A stretch of DNA of 64,000 bases from Glycera tridactyla (Eukaryota): NCBI GenBank assembly GCA_965644265.1, contig OZ286461.1, positions 96,472,001 to 96,536,000 of the forward strand. Reading direction: 5' to 3'. A program made the translations under genes and the position numbers. How positions within the stretch are numbered: position 1 is the stretch's first letter; each line of letters begins with the position of its first letter. Of the stretch, positions 13,501-28,500 are shown one piece after another. The notes beneath the pieces were generated by a model, which was given only the letters and a program-made list of their open reading frames with translations, ran no database searches and was not told the DNA's origin.

Positions 13501-16500
13501 TACTCTCCCATGCTCGCATCGGATGATGCTGAGGGCTGTCGTTGCAGATGGTTGGTGTTAATTATAATGGTTCGTTAAACGAGACTCACCTTAGTAAAGT
13601 GTAAGTTCAACGTACATGTCCGCTCCCTGTCGAAGACAGCTTCCAAGTGACGAATATACGTGTCGATTGTGGCGCCCTCTCCTAGAAACGGAGTAGCGTT
13701 TTCACAAATGTTAGCGCCACCACTCGAATCACCCAGCACCACTGGCGGGTAGCTCATGTCGGTGGTGGGTGGGGTGGCGTGGGGGTGAAGGATTACCTGA
13801 CATAGTTCGTGGTTATTTGTCACCTATGTCTCGCATACACTGGCTAGATCTCTTGATACTTGTCATGATCACTCACACTGTCTAGTTGTGAAGACACAAG
13901 GACGTCATGCTGCACCCCAAATGATGCTGCAGGTTCTTGTAGATTGATTCCAATGTTGTTCATACGATTCTGCAGGTTTGGATGGGATGTTGGATGCAGC
14001 GATGGATGTGGTTGAACTGCCAGTGGCTGGAGCAAGCTTACTGATGGATCTGGCGGCAGATGAGCTGATGGATCTGGGTACAAGCATCATGCAGGTGACG
14101 GACCACCTCATCAATGCAGCCGGCCTCAACTACTGCCAACAAGGACTGCCTCTCAATCTAGTCACCTTCGTCATGGGTAAGTCGGCCCTCTTCACCATAT
14201 AATACTGAGATGATTGTATGGGTGTAATTTAGAGCAGCTTTGACTAAGATCACCAACTAATAAAAGCCACCCTGAGCGGTGACTGCGATAGTATTGCCTG
14301 CACTGTGCAGTAACCTCTTCAGACTACTTTTGAGGCACGAACTGGGAAATTGTATGGCTCAATGTAAGGAGTATTTATAGGGGTTATGAACTGACGCCCC
14401 TCATCAGATTACGATACGCATTGCCACACATTCATCACGTGAACGGACATAGAAACATTATGTATTGTGGAGATACTAGAAAGACGGGCAAGAGTTGTAG
14501 GATTCATTCCTACATTCTCGCAACACTTCATCCAATTTCACTTGTATATAATACGATTGAAAGGACAATCAGCAGTGTCCCGCCAGAGAGAGGAATGACT
14601 AGTGGATGAATTTTGTTGTGCAGGTGGACTGGACACGCTGTTGACTGTGCCTTTCCACGGACCTCTACACAACGCCATCCTGACACTGATGGACACGGAA
14701 GACCTTGATGACGTCACACTAGACACAGTTCATGGCATCATCTCTTTGAGAATCAACCAGATGGATACTCTGCTGGAGGAAGTCTTTTCTAGCGAGATGG
14801 AATCTCTCCAACTGGTCCTACCTGGTGAGTATTGGCATAATTGAACCGGTCTCGTCACTTCTAGCATTCTGACTTCATGGGCGCCGCCATCTTGATCAAA
14901 ATTAGTGACGTCACCATACCCTCACAGCGTCGTGCCATAAATACCACTGGCGCTTATCAACGAAAGTGGTCAAATCCCATGGAGTATGACAAATGTGTAT
15001 TGGGCATTGATGAATACTAGCTGAAGGGAAGTGGCCATCTATAAACTGATATACTGGGCAGACGATGACTTCGTTGATAGGGAGTCACAGGAGTAGGAGA
15101 AAGCCGTGAAATTAAGTGCCTGACTGTGAAGTGCTTGTGCATCAATCACGCGCTCGTGCTGTTCATGTTTGGATCAATGTTATGGAAATGTTCACCCCGA
15201 TTTGGTGATCAATATCAAGGGGATGATCACTGCATTGCTTGAATAAGTGGCATATAGTCAAAACTGCACGGGACTACTTCTATACAATGGTGAATTGCCT
15301 GCAAAGACCACTTTTGATAAAACTTGTGAATAGGTTTGACTGTATAGCTGTGCAAATAAGTTGAGTGGTCCCTTTAGGAAGGTTACCTCTATAGATTGGC
15401 AATCCTACCATTCAGAATCGCAGCAATGGTCCAGTCCGTATATTCAGTATGTGAACACCTATTTTTATATAATTCGCTGTTTTTCAGGTCTGAGTGAGGC
15501 CAGGGATGTATCCTCTGTATGTCTGACTGACCTATTGACGGCCTTCCAGTCTGGAGCCAGTGTAGAGTCGGTGGTGTCTTCTGCGGCTGGTGCCCTCCTG
15601 GAAGACCTGCTCCAACTCGGGTCTGGTGAATGCCTCTCAGAAACCGACCTCTCAGCTGTGGATGCGTCACTGATGGCCATACCAACCATGTGAGTCTGCG
15701 TGCCTACCTAGACCTCTGAATAACTAGCTAAATCATTAAATCCTACTATGGACCAGAATCCGAAATGTGCCAGTTTCAGCGAATTCATAGAATTTGTTCC
15801 TCATCGATGCTCAGATTAAGCAATGATATGACATCAGTACAGCAATCAATCAAAATTATTTCCACCCATTAACGAACCAGTTTGATGCATCATTTGTGGA
15901 AACCTCTAATTTATAGGTGAATTAGCTGCAAGAGATAATCGGTGGACCCTGCTGGGCATCAGTCTCCTTTACATGGAATATGGTGCGTGATTTTGGTTAC
16001 ACGCTGCTTAAACGTTCCTGCAAAATTCTCGAATCTATCCCAGACGATCCCTGTGGTCGATCCTGTCTAAAGATATCCCTTGGTTGCATTCACTGACCTA
16101 TAGCCTTTGTGCAGTGAAGTCGGGATTTGGCTAGTATTACCATTGCACTCCGTGGTTTTTCAAGACAGTGTTTTGAGGTGTTTGGATGTTGTGTTACTAT
16201 ATGGTATGGTTTGTTAGGTTGGAGGGTGCGTACACGTCCTTAGTGCAGCTGATCCAGACAGAGCCCCTGCCCGAGGGACTGGTCATACCAGCCGACCTGC
16301 AGTTACAGCTGACCAGTGCCCTACAAGGTGCCGTCTCCGAACTGGTGCAGGACCTTCAGCTGGTCATCCCGGCGATCCATGATGACCTTCTCAGTGGAGA
16401 TGCCCTCAACATCCTTGGCGGCATCATGCAGTTCTTCGGTAAGTTAACACAATCATAACTGGTAACCTTCCGTTATTCAGATGAGTATGTTTGCTAGGAT

Positions 16501-19500
16501 TGTCTGCACTTGCTTCGTTCCTCACCCATGTGCCATTCAACACAAATACGACATTTCATTTGACTGCCTGCGTGTGTTGAGGTAGCAATGTCATATTGCC
16601 GGAATTAATCTATTATTCTTTTTTGCAATCCATTGTGTGTTGTGACCCCTCCCACGATCTTGCTTTTGAAGATTTGCCATCGCAAAGTGATACATAATGT
16701 AATGAGGGGAATGGAATATGTTGATTGAAGTAGGATTTCATTATTGGTTGCTCTTCCATGTAGTGAACATTCTTCGATTGAATATGTTAAGGTGAAATGG
16801 TACCGAACCTTAACCTGGAATCGTTGCTTGCGGATGTGATGCCCGAGGGAGTTTTGCCAGGTGGGTGAATTTTTTCAGAAATTTCTCCTGTGAAATGAAT
16901 GCATACATATTTTTGCTTATGGTCAGGCCATTCGGCCTGTAGATAGCGCTCCTATTCCAAAGTGGTAGCTCGAAAGAGATTAACAAAACAAACTTGAGGG
17001 AAGCAGGATGATAGTGGTTTTGGGTCATATGGGTCGAACGCAAGCATTGCATCCTTCATAAGTTTAACGTTTGCTATTCCAGATCTGTCTACAGCGCTGG
17101 AGGCTGCCATTTCCGAGATAGGTTTACCTCTGCCTGCAGCCACACTGATCGCTGACTTGAGTATGGACGAGCTGGCGACCGTCACCACCACCATCACCGA
17201 CGTTGTAGGACAATTACTAACAGGAACTGACCTAGAATGGTGCGAGACCGGTGTTCCTCAGAATCTGGCCACGCTGGTACTTGGTAAGCTGGAGATCTCA
17301 CTCATTATCTAGATCTCAACACCATTGTGAATGAGTTGGCGTCGATATTTTCAAGCATGTTCTCACTTTCCCTTCCCGCCCACCCCACTTTCTCAGTCCC
17401 GTCACTGTCTTAACTTCTCGCCACTCACCCCCTCCTCTCCTTTGAATTTCCAAGATTTATAAGTGAACAGTCACTATTTAATAGTGGTAGTCACTTACCA
17501 TCTATACTTGATAGTAACGAGATTTCTTTTGCCAAACCCTATAGACTTCTCTCTGATAATCCCCGTTGACGTTGTTTGCAGGTAGCGTTGATACCTTGCT
17601 GACGTTGCCCTTCCATGGTGTACTGAACAATGCTATACTGAGCCTGATGGACACCCAGGCCCTGGACGAGACGACACTGGACAGGATACACGAGGTCCTG
17701 GAACTTCGTATGGACCAGATGGACACACTGCTCAGCGAGGCCTTCTCTAGTCAGCTGGAACAACTCGAAGACGTCATCACTGGTGAGTTTTGCTTGATAC
17801 ACCAGTATAGTGGCTAATGGTAATGCACGTCCACACAATGTCACAAAGGTTCATATAACAATTGCCGTCGAATTTAGTTCACATTTATCGAATTGCTGCG
17901 GTACTGGAATCACTTGAGAGGAAAGTTGAGCATAGTTTCCTTTTTGAACACAACGCCTGCACATATCTTGCTGATGGTGCGCCATACATAGGGATTATCC
18001 ATATTCTCTACGAGATCATGACTGCAGGAATAACTTAGGTAATATGTGTTGACTGCATGCCAAAGCAGTCGAAGGTGTTCCCCTAAATGTCCCAGGCAAT
18101 CAAGAGTGTGAGTGATCCGGAATGAAGTTTAATCGACCATTTCGTGAAAAAGAACTAATGTTCGCCCGAGCGCTAGGCCGGGACTCAAGTATATCAGGGA
18201 AGTTGCTTGCTTGTCTGGGACATGCTGTCTCGTGTGCAAGATCTTCAGAAAGATGCATGCTTGAGTCTCCCTGCACGTCACTCCCTGTACTTCAATGCAC
18301 GATGCATATCAATAACAATACACTTTATTCACGCCTGTAAAGAGAGGGCTGCTCAGATTGCGATATTCTGCAGCAGCGTGGCAATGGCCACAAGCATTTT
18401 TGTCCTTCCTACATGGAGCAGCTTGTTTCGTCATAGTGTTGTGATGTAACAGTGCAACCTCTGACATAATGCATATGATAACTTTGATCAATTGTACTAA
18501 CAACTGCACGAAATATGATCATACTCTATATCATGTGAATTCCTCAGAGCCTACCAAGCTCGAATAGTTGTCAGTCACATATGAGTTGTGCGTGTAGTAT
18601 CAATGCATAGTGCTTCAAATAGGCATATCGACATAGTTAAATGTTTTGGTGCATCACGTTAGTCTGTTCTCGTCACTATTAAATTGCGAATCCTGGAATT
18701 GCCCATACCTTTGTAGCTGTTGTTAATGATGAAGTTGGATGTGTTGGTGTTTCAGGTATTGGACTGGCTTCGGAGATGATAGGCCCGACCATGGCCGAGA
18801 TCGTCTCTATGTACCAGAATGATGGAACCTTGGAGTCACTGGTCACTACATCTGCTGGCGCCATCTTCAGTGCTTTGAGCGAACTCGGGGCTGGAAGTTG
18901 CATGTCACCAGATGACACTTCTCTCATCAGTACGGTTCTAACAGCAGTACCTGATATGTGAGTTATCAGCTATCCTGATATACGGAATCGCCAATACGCC
19001 CTGCAGTCAGTATAAACTGCAGGAATACTATTGTATCCTATTAGTCCAACATTAGTAAAGATGCTGCTCGATTTCTAACCAAATGTTGTCTGCCAAATTC
19101 ACTTAGAACTCTCATTCAACAAACCATCGCCACGCAAGGGTGAGTATTATGGGTGACAATTGTCCAGCGTGTCACCCTGAGGCATCTGAATCATTAGTTG
19201 GTGATTCTCGCACATTGAAACCTCAGACCCGGCACAGGCGCGGCACTCTTCTCTCGGGTATCAATGGGTACCTGGCCAATTGACAGCGATGACAATTCTA
19301 AGGCCGTGCCACCTGTGTTCTTCTCAAAGTTGACTTTTTGAACAGGCCTGCCAAGTAATGTAATTGAAGTCATGCGAACTTGTGCATAATCCTTTTGAAG
19401 ATCGTCTGCTTTAATCAAACCCCACATTACAATTCTGTCACACGAATTCAATAAAGTACTCACAACTTTTGTAATCAGTGGAAGCAGATGAGGGGAAGAT

Positions 19501-22500
19501 ATCAGTGAAAAACATCGTGTCTGTTTAGGTTGTCGTCGACGTTGACGAGTGTGGTGCAGCTGATTGAGACGGACGTCCTGCCGGAGGAGTTGCTACTGCC
19601 GGCCGAGGTGGACCTGGACCTCATGACTGCCCTCGAGGCGGCCGTCTACGAACTGGTGCAGGGCCTTGAGGTCATGATGCCCAACCTAGATCAGGCCCTC
19701 GTCACTGGCGAAGATTCAGACCTCCTCGGTGTCGTCCTTCAGTTCCTAGGTAAGATGACCTCCTACAATTGGAGTTTGATTCGTATCCGAATCTACTGGT
19801 CATGAAATTTGGAAAGGCAATAAGAGATTGGTTGAAGTAGCTTGCATGGTTTTGCACTTTTGCATATTATATACTGGGATTTAAACCACTGGTTTCTCTT
19901 ACATCGGATTTAAATGGATGTGTAAAATGTCATATCAGCTTCAAAATGGTCGCAACCGAACTAATCAACGCCATCGATTCACAAGCTGTGAGCCGCTAAT
20001 TCATGTTTTTCTGTCCTAGCCAGACCATTGGAGTGGAACCTCCGCTTGACAAATTGAGGAGCAACCTAAGATCTAGCAGGGAACATATGATTAAAGCCAG
20101 TATGAACGAGTTTCAATACTAAAACAAATTTTGATTTGATCATTTCCGATATTTTCAGGTGATATTGGTCCTCAACTGAACCTGGAATCACTGCTGGAAG
20201 TACTGGCCCCCGAGGTTCTACCCGGTAAGTTGGTATTCATGGAATAGTTGGCTTGATGGACAGCTTGATATTGATCTTGTTCCTCCAGACATCTTTCATT
20301 AGTACATATATGGTCCATCAAGGTAAGTTATGATTTATGCTACTTCTCATTCGAAATTATCATGCACATCTACTGGAGCTTTAACAGCGGATGTGGATTA
20401 ATATATTCTATATAGGATGCAGCGATTAATGGTATCTGGATTCTTCCAGTTGCTTTATGAATGTGCTTGGCGTCCTTGTTCGTTAGATGTGAGTGAGCTG
20501 CTAGAGGCTGCATTAGAAGCACTTCCGCTTCCGGTACCTGAGGACAGTTCGATCACAGATCTGAGTATTGAGGAGTTGACTGACCTGACTGTCAGCATCA
20601 CTGACATCACTAGTCACCTCCTGGATGCGGCTGGCTTGGACTACTGCGACGACACATTACCACAGAATGTAGTCACACTAACACTCGGTAAGCCACACCT
20701 CCAGCTTTATATAGCTTTCTTTCTGGTTCTGATACTGTGACCCTTTATAACCATCCCAACTGCTATTGGAAATGAGGCGTCGATTTCTCTCATGAAATAG
20801 TCTGTACCTGGATGATGTTTGTCATGTAACATCTATGAATATAAAGTAGTTCAATAAAATCCATGGTATTCCATTCATCTTGCTCACAACTAGTTTTCCC
20901 ATACGACTGTCACCTCTTGCATTGATAACATTGGCCCCTGAAGAATCCTCGCAAGACGAACTTTGATATCGAAGGCGGTGGGTCGACAATGCAGTCAGTG
21001 TCGATTTCAGCATATACCGAGTCGAGTGTACCGGAACCTGTTTCAATGAGTGAGGAAAGTCATCCGATTTGATTAGTCCTCCATGCCAGTATTTTATCGG
21101 AGTTCCACTTTTACAGGTGCCCTGGCCAATCTTCTGACGTTCCCATTCCATGGTCCTCTACACAATGCCATCCTGTCCTTGATGGACTCTGAGGGCCTTG
21201 AGGAGGACACGCTGGACCAGGTACACCAGTTACTGGAGATCCGGATGGATCAACTGGATGGCTTGTTGGAGGAGGCCTTCTCTGGACAGATCCAGGCACT
21301 GGAACAAGTACTTCCAGGTGAGTCGCATTGCATCATGCAACAGAATCTGGAGATAAAAATATGTTGATCTGTGTGTCCTGGTGATATCGTAATTTGTGCT
21401 AAATGTAAATCTACATGCTGCAACAGCCTTTACATTATTTCTAAGTGTGGACTTCATCGAATACTGCGCCTTCAAAACTTGAGAGCATTTGTCAGGACGA
21501 TAGACGGTTGGACATTTCATCAGTTCTAAATAAGTGTAAATCACCACTGAAACGATCTGAATAATGAATGTGCATGCTGGTCCCACAATGGAACCACTTT
21601 CTGTGAGTCCTTGGTGAATTTCAATGGTAATAACGAGTTAGACTTCCATGGAATTTGCATGTATGGGGTCCTGTAGAATCTACCCCTGGATCCACACGGG
21701 AGGTTGAGACCTGGAATTCGTTCCGGATTTGTCTTGATGTTTCACTTTGTAATAGGGTCCGGCACTCCTGGGTAAACGAGTTTTGAAATTGTCGGACTCA
21801 TACCCAATACATATTGAAACTCTTGAGGGTGTTGAGATACATAATATCCAATATAGTATATTGGTACTGATCCCAGGTTACGTTTAGGTTACGAAATGAA
21901 CATTGATATTTCAGGCATAGAGCTTGGATCTGAGCTGTCTGGACCGGGCCTGGTGAACTATGTGACTATGTACCTGAGCCGGGAGACTGTAGAACCTCTA
22001 GTCACATCGATGGCAACCATCCTCTTCAACAGCCTGGTGGAACTCGGGGATGGAGCATGTCTGCCAGATGAATCGGTCAGCCTCATCGAAGCTACCCTAG
22101 TAGCTATACCAGACCTGTGAGTTTTAAGCCAGTGGCATGTTAATTTGTACATGGAAACGCACTCCATGCCTTATGTCGGGGTTGCTAGCCATACACCTGT
22201 AGTTGTGGACAAACTCAACGTTACTATAAGACCCAGCCACTTCGCCAACTAAATATTATCACCAAATGGATTACTTGACCACTTTCACTAAATATCTTCT
22301 ACCAACGTTACCGACAGAGCAAGAATCGGTGAAATGTGATCTAAATCTGAAAAAAGTCCTGGATTGCATGATTGGTGTACTGTGTGAAGCTGTTTGAAGG
22401 GTATGTATCTTTATTGATACACCACCACAGAACGAAGATCGTGAAGCCTTTAAAAAGTATGGATGAGGCTTAGAAGTGACTGGCACGAAGCTCTCATGTC

Positions 22501-25500
22501 TCCTGAATTGTGGAGGATTCACATGTTATCTAAATGTTTGTGACAGGTTGGCAGAGGCCCACGTTGATTTGTTGGGGCTGATAGAGATGGAGGGATTGCC
22601 AGTTGACCTGGACCTCTCTGAGGAGCTACACCTGGACCTCATGGATGCCCTGGAGGGAGCGGTGACCGAGCTGGTCGACAGTCTCGACGACATGGTGGCT
22701 GTACTCCAGAGTGCTCTCCTGAATGGAGATCCCACAAACGTCCTCAGTGCCACCATACAGTTCCTCGGTATGTTTCAATATTTGTTTGTAATGTTGGTAA
22801 TGATGCATTAACTGGTAGCCATGGCAACTTGTAAGTGGAAGTAAAAGGGATTGCAGATGGCGGAGCAATTGCTTCCATAAGTGAAAGCTCAATCATTTTC
22901 GGGATGAAAAAATCAGTTTATTTTCAGCAATCTGAAATCTATCTACTCTCATGTGAACATGTCTTAATGCAAAGGTCATCAATCAAATCTACTGAATACT
23001 TACTGGTCCCTGGTTGAAGGGGTTAGGCCTTGGGATGACGGATTTGGTATGTAATATTAGCAGTTATTTTCGGGATGAGCAATAATTAGAAGTGTATTTG
23101 TTGCAGCTGAGATAACGCCCAGTCTGAATCTGGAGTCACTGCTGGAGGAGGTGGTGTCTGTGCCAGAGCCTACTATACCAGGTCAGTATATATAAAGCTA
23201 GATGACTCAATACTACAACCAGCCACACTGTTACAGCATTGCTCCATGCATTGACCAATGCACTAATCAACAGAAACACTACACTGAAGTTAAAGCGTCT
23301 TTATTGTGAATTGTCTGACTGAAAACATTATCTAACAGGTTAATATATATGCTATCTGACAAATCTACCAGTCCCTGGCATGGATTAATCATGGACTGCA
23401 TCAAGTATTCGTGGATATTCTACTGCATATGCCGCTCTACCTGATTGGAGTTGATGGACTTCACCTACATTCTGGATACTGATTGATGGCTAGCCTTTTG
23501 TTTATCGGTAATTCATACAACTTGCAAGCTCGCTGATGAACGGTGACTGTGGTTAATACATTGGAAGAAATGCCGAATATTCTACTTCGATTTGAGCGGA
23601 CTGAAAACTTCATGAGACCAAACTCAACTAACAAAACCCCTCAAGAGAGCCACCTAATGGCTACTAGTCTGAGAATGACACCAGGTCATTAGTAAAGATC
23701 AAAATTGTGGGTTTCCCGTGTCAGAATTTGACCTCTGGACTGGGAATTTACCGCCATTCTGAGACTGAAGAATTCATAAATCTTGTCCTAGTTCACTCAC
23801 AATTCTCAAACAAGGGAAACCGTAAACTGGAGAGCACCCCCCCCCTCTAGTATGAAAACTCTTGTACTTGGGACTTGCTTTAGTTTGAGGGTTGTTGGCC
23901 ATGAAAAGTTGGAAAATTGTCTTTGTTTTCAGACTTGTCTAGCTTGCTGGATGTTGCCCTGAGCGAGGTGGGCTTACCAGTTCCCCCCAATACCCCGGCG
24001 TTAGAGCTGAGCCAGGAGCAGAATCTGCCTGTGATGACGGCCATGCTTCAGATAGTGGAAAATGTGATGGAAGCTGCTGGAATCGCCTACTGCGAGGATG
24101 GTCTACCCTTAAATCATATCACCCTGACCTTCGGTAAGCACAATCGAGGAATTTGGTTGAAGTTGATACCGCGTATCAACCTGACGTATTATGGTTGCCA
24201 GGTGTTGACGATCTGGGCACTGGTTGCTCTGTCCATGCTACCACCACTCCCATATCCTGAACACAATAGGATTCACACAAAAATGATGTAAGTAGAGGCA
24301 TGAACTGTCTGAGATATGAGATGATAGCTTCGCATTCAATTTCAAGGCAGAGTAATTTGAAACAAGGATATTTCAATTGAAACTCGTCAAGGATTTCTGG
24401 ATTCAGGATTTCTGAATTTCCTGAATCGTCCACCTCCATGGATATTGTATTCAGTGAACTTCACTGCAATCATACTTTCCCCTGACAACTTTTAATGTAT
24501 CAGTTGTCATTGATCGGAACTTTAACATTTTTAATTCAGGCGAGTTGGATGTCCTGTTGTCCTATCCCTTCCATGGACCACTGCACAGCACCATCCTAGA
24601 CATGCTGAACTCTGAGGGATTGGATGAAGCCATGCTGACCCAGGTACAGGACCTCCTGGACGTAAGGCTGGAACAAATGGACTCTCTGCTGGCTACTGCC
24701 TTCTCCGACGTCCTGCAAGCAATGGGTGTCGTACTTCCAGGTGCGTAACGCCCTCAGTAGGATTCCTTGCCTATTCTACCAGGTCTTTTGATAATGTAAA
24801 AAGACCCCCGCCCCAGTCAATTCCCTCCTGTATATTCTGTCTTATCAGCGAACGACGCCCATCGTCAATGAACAGATATCAAACTTCTACATTACAATAT
24901 TATTTCGACACGTGAATGTTCATAGAAATGTATCTCCCAGTATATGTAGACCAATTGTTATGACCATATTACCTATTGCTAGTTCTTACACATCTGGCAA
25001 GCAGGAAAAATCCCAATCCTCCTTCACTCATTCGCCTACATTACCAGCAAATATTCCTACACTACATCCATACTGTTTTCTGCGCTGCTCTTGTAGCCTC
25101 CACCATATATCCATTTCTCCAGGCCACTCACATCTCCACTCTGTCTACATCTTTATGCTTCATTTCATATTTTTGTATTTTGCTGGGAGGGAAAGTCTTT
25201 GATCTGCACCTGAAAATGTTCGATCCAACTATAGATTGTGGCAGTCGCTGATGATGAAGGCTGCTACCATTGTCTTTCGAATTTGACTTTGATTCGGACT
25301 CCTGTTCAAAAACATTTACGATTACATAAACGATGAAATGCGGACCGAATTTCACAAGGCATAAGTATTTATCGAGGTTGGTGAGTCAAGTCATTTCATC
25401 GGTCAGATGATGGAAACAATACTTATACAATACTTATACAATAGTCAGAGAAAATAGCTGCATACAGACAATGCAAATAAACCAAAAATACAAAGTGTAT

Positions 25501-28500
25501 TCACGCATCTGAAGAGGTAATAAGAAAAGAATTTATTGATACTTTTATTGTTTTTGTGCAGAGTTGGAATTCGCAGCTGAGTTGGCAGAGTCGAATATTG
25601 GAACGGTGTTGAGTCTCTATCTAACAAGTCCAACCATTGGCCAGTTGGTGCATACCCAAACAAGTCTAATAGTGGAAAGCTTGACTCAGGTGGGCACAGG
25701 ACGCTGCCTCACACAGGATGAACTTTCCTCCCTTGGATCCAGCCTCGCCACCCTTCCAACGATGTAAGCCACCCAATCATTTCTGTGTTGACATGAGTTG
25801 TGAGAAAGAGTAAACGCAGTCTTCACGGAAAACTTTTTAATAAATTGGCAGCCTCCCGAAAATAAATCCACTCTCCACTCTTCTATGATTTGTAGATGTG
25901 AACGATATCAACTTTAGACGGGGTTCTCTTGACTGACGTCCTATATGCACGACAGCTACAGGAAATTTGTATTTCATGCCACCGGCGGCACCCGGTAACA
26001 CATTCACCGTAACCACCACGAGATGAATGTCTTCAATAATAAATGACCTCTCTATAAAAGCCACCTGTATATAAAGGCCACCTTTTTGTTGTGGTCGAAG
26101 GTGGCCTTCATAGACGGGTTTGACTGTACCTGGGCCATATTGAGTACATTCTGTGTCCAAGCGGCGGCGGGGGTATTTCAGTAATGAAGCTCTAGTTTTA
26201 AATTGTGCCAAGGATTTTTTCGGACCCTTCTCGAGATTCTGGGTGTATGTGATATGTATCTATTTCGATATTCTGATGATTAGTTGCGTGCCGACCTAGA
26301 CGAACACTATTTTGTGAATAGATTTGTGGAAGTGCATGCTGCGTTGGAGGAGTTGGTGGAGACGGCGTTTGTGCCAGTTGATCTGATGGTGCCAGCCGAG
26401 GTTGTGGAGGACTTGATGACCGCCCTGAGTGGTGCCGTGCATCTCCTGGTGTCCGACCTGGAAATTCTAGTTTCCACATTATCAGAAGGCCTAGTCAACG
26501 AGGACGGGGTCCAGATCGTCGAAGCTCTGCAGCAATTCACGAGTACGTGAGAATAAATACATCTTACCTTATTTCACAAAGACCACTAAATCTATTATCG
26601 GATGTAACGGAACATTTATTACATTCTCACTGATTCTTTTCCCTTCTACATGTGAAAATCACTTTTGTCATGTGACCGCCATGTATTCAGTCAATTCTAG
26701 TAGCTTTCTTCAGATTCTGTCAAGACGAGGTTGTCAGAACATCTTTTATCGAATCGCAGCGGTCTCCTGTTACCCACGTCTACGTCTACATGCATATAAT
26801 TGACAACCAACATTGGACGTTTATTGCTAATAACTTCCGCAAAGTAGAACAAAAATCATTGACAAATCGATATTTTATTGCCTTCTGCAACGTCGCCTTT
26901 CATTGTTACCTCCACAGCCCAGGCTCACAAAAAATGCAGTTTATTCGTGGACCAAATTAAGCGCTGCTATTCACAAGAAAATAGAATTAATTAGAACCAG
27001 ATGTCCTAGTTCTGCTGCATAAATACTGATAATTTCTACTTGGTCAGCAAGGTCCTGATACTGATTATCGCTGCACATTACATCAATTTCGAACGACTTA
27101 TTTGCATGGAATTTCCACGAAGCCGATCTGTAAATACTCAACTGTGTTGAATGTGTTTCAGGTGATATTTCAGCAGGCCTGAGTATGGAATCACTTCTGC
27201 AAACCTTCCCGCCAGATATTGAATCAGGTAGTTTCCTCTATTCCGCTCATAAACCCGTAATGCTCAATATGCAATGCAGATAACGCAAAACAAGTGCACG
27301 TGGTACAACCTGCTGAATTTGTTTGCCCAATCAATGATTTTGTTTTCCAAGCTTGCTCATTGGTGTACCAGCTGCTTGGAAGCTCAGTCGAAAGTAATGC
27401 TCTACTTATGCCCCAAGCTGAGAACAGCTGTATGCATATTGATCTTAAATCCGTTTATTCATTCTAAACAAAGGTCGTGACCAAAAGGTGGACCATAGGT
27501 TTCACTCAAATCTCCTGGTATGAACAGTCGAAATTATTTCCATATCGCATGACCTTTCTCTTATTCTAGAGTTGCCGAGCCTATTGGAGACTGCCATTGC
27601 CGAGATAGGGTTGCCTATACCTGGCGACCTGCCACTGACAGATTTGACAGCTGAGCAGACTCAGGAGTTGACGACGACCATCTCGCAGCTGATGGGTCAT
27701 GTGATGGATGCTGCGAACCTCGTCTACTGTACTGATGGCTTACCCCTCAATTATCTCACTCTCATCTTCGGTAAGGATGATCACTGAGGCAGTTGAATCC
27801 CGCTATTCTACTGCCTGATCATAGTTGCATAGTTAGATATGCCACAATTAGGTCCAGTATGTTAATGTGTAGTAGGTACAGGTGTGTCTGGACTGTCAGC
27901 CACTAAAACTTGATAATCTTTCAGGTTCCCCATAATCATGTGTCCCGGGTTTGTGGAGGTAGGGGACATAACATATAGCTTTCGTCGACCAGGAACACAC
28001 GAAATAATTATCCATTGGGTTGATACGTGTCTTAAAACCGCGAACAAGCTAAACAAAGTGAGTATGATTTCTTGCATGATTATCGAGAATATGTCCACAC
28101 GGCTTGCCATACTTTACATCCTATAATTGCCACCTAGCCAGGGCCTTGGGAGGAATATCCTTCATACACGTCACTTATTGGGCTGAAGTTATTATTCCTT
28201 TGGCTTGTATCCTTCATTTAATTGAGAATTTCTCCTACAAACCCGTATAACAGCATTGAAAACTATGATTTAGCTTGAATCCGACCACGCTACAGAACTT
28301 GATGATATGTTGTTGATGATGATCTGTTGCAGGTGATCTGGATAACTTACTGACTCGTCCCTTCCACGGGCCTCTAAACAGCATGATCCTGGCTCTGCTA
28401 GACACCCAGGACCTGGATGAGGACACTCTGGTCCAGGTCCATCAGCTGATTGAAGTCAGGATGGAGCAGATGGATGCTCTACTGAGCAATGCCTTCACTG

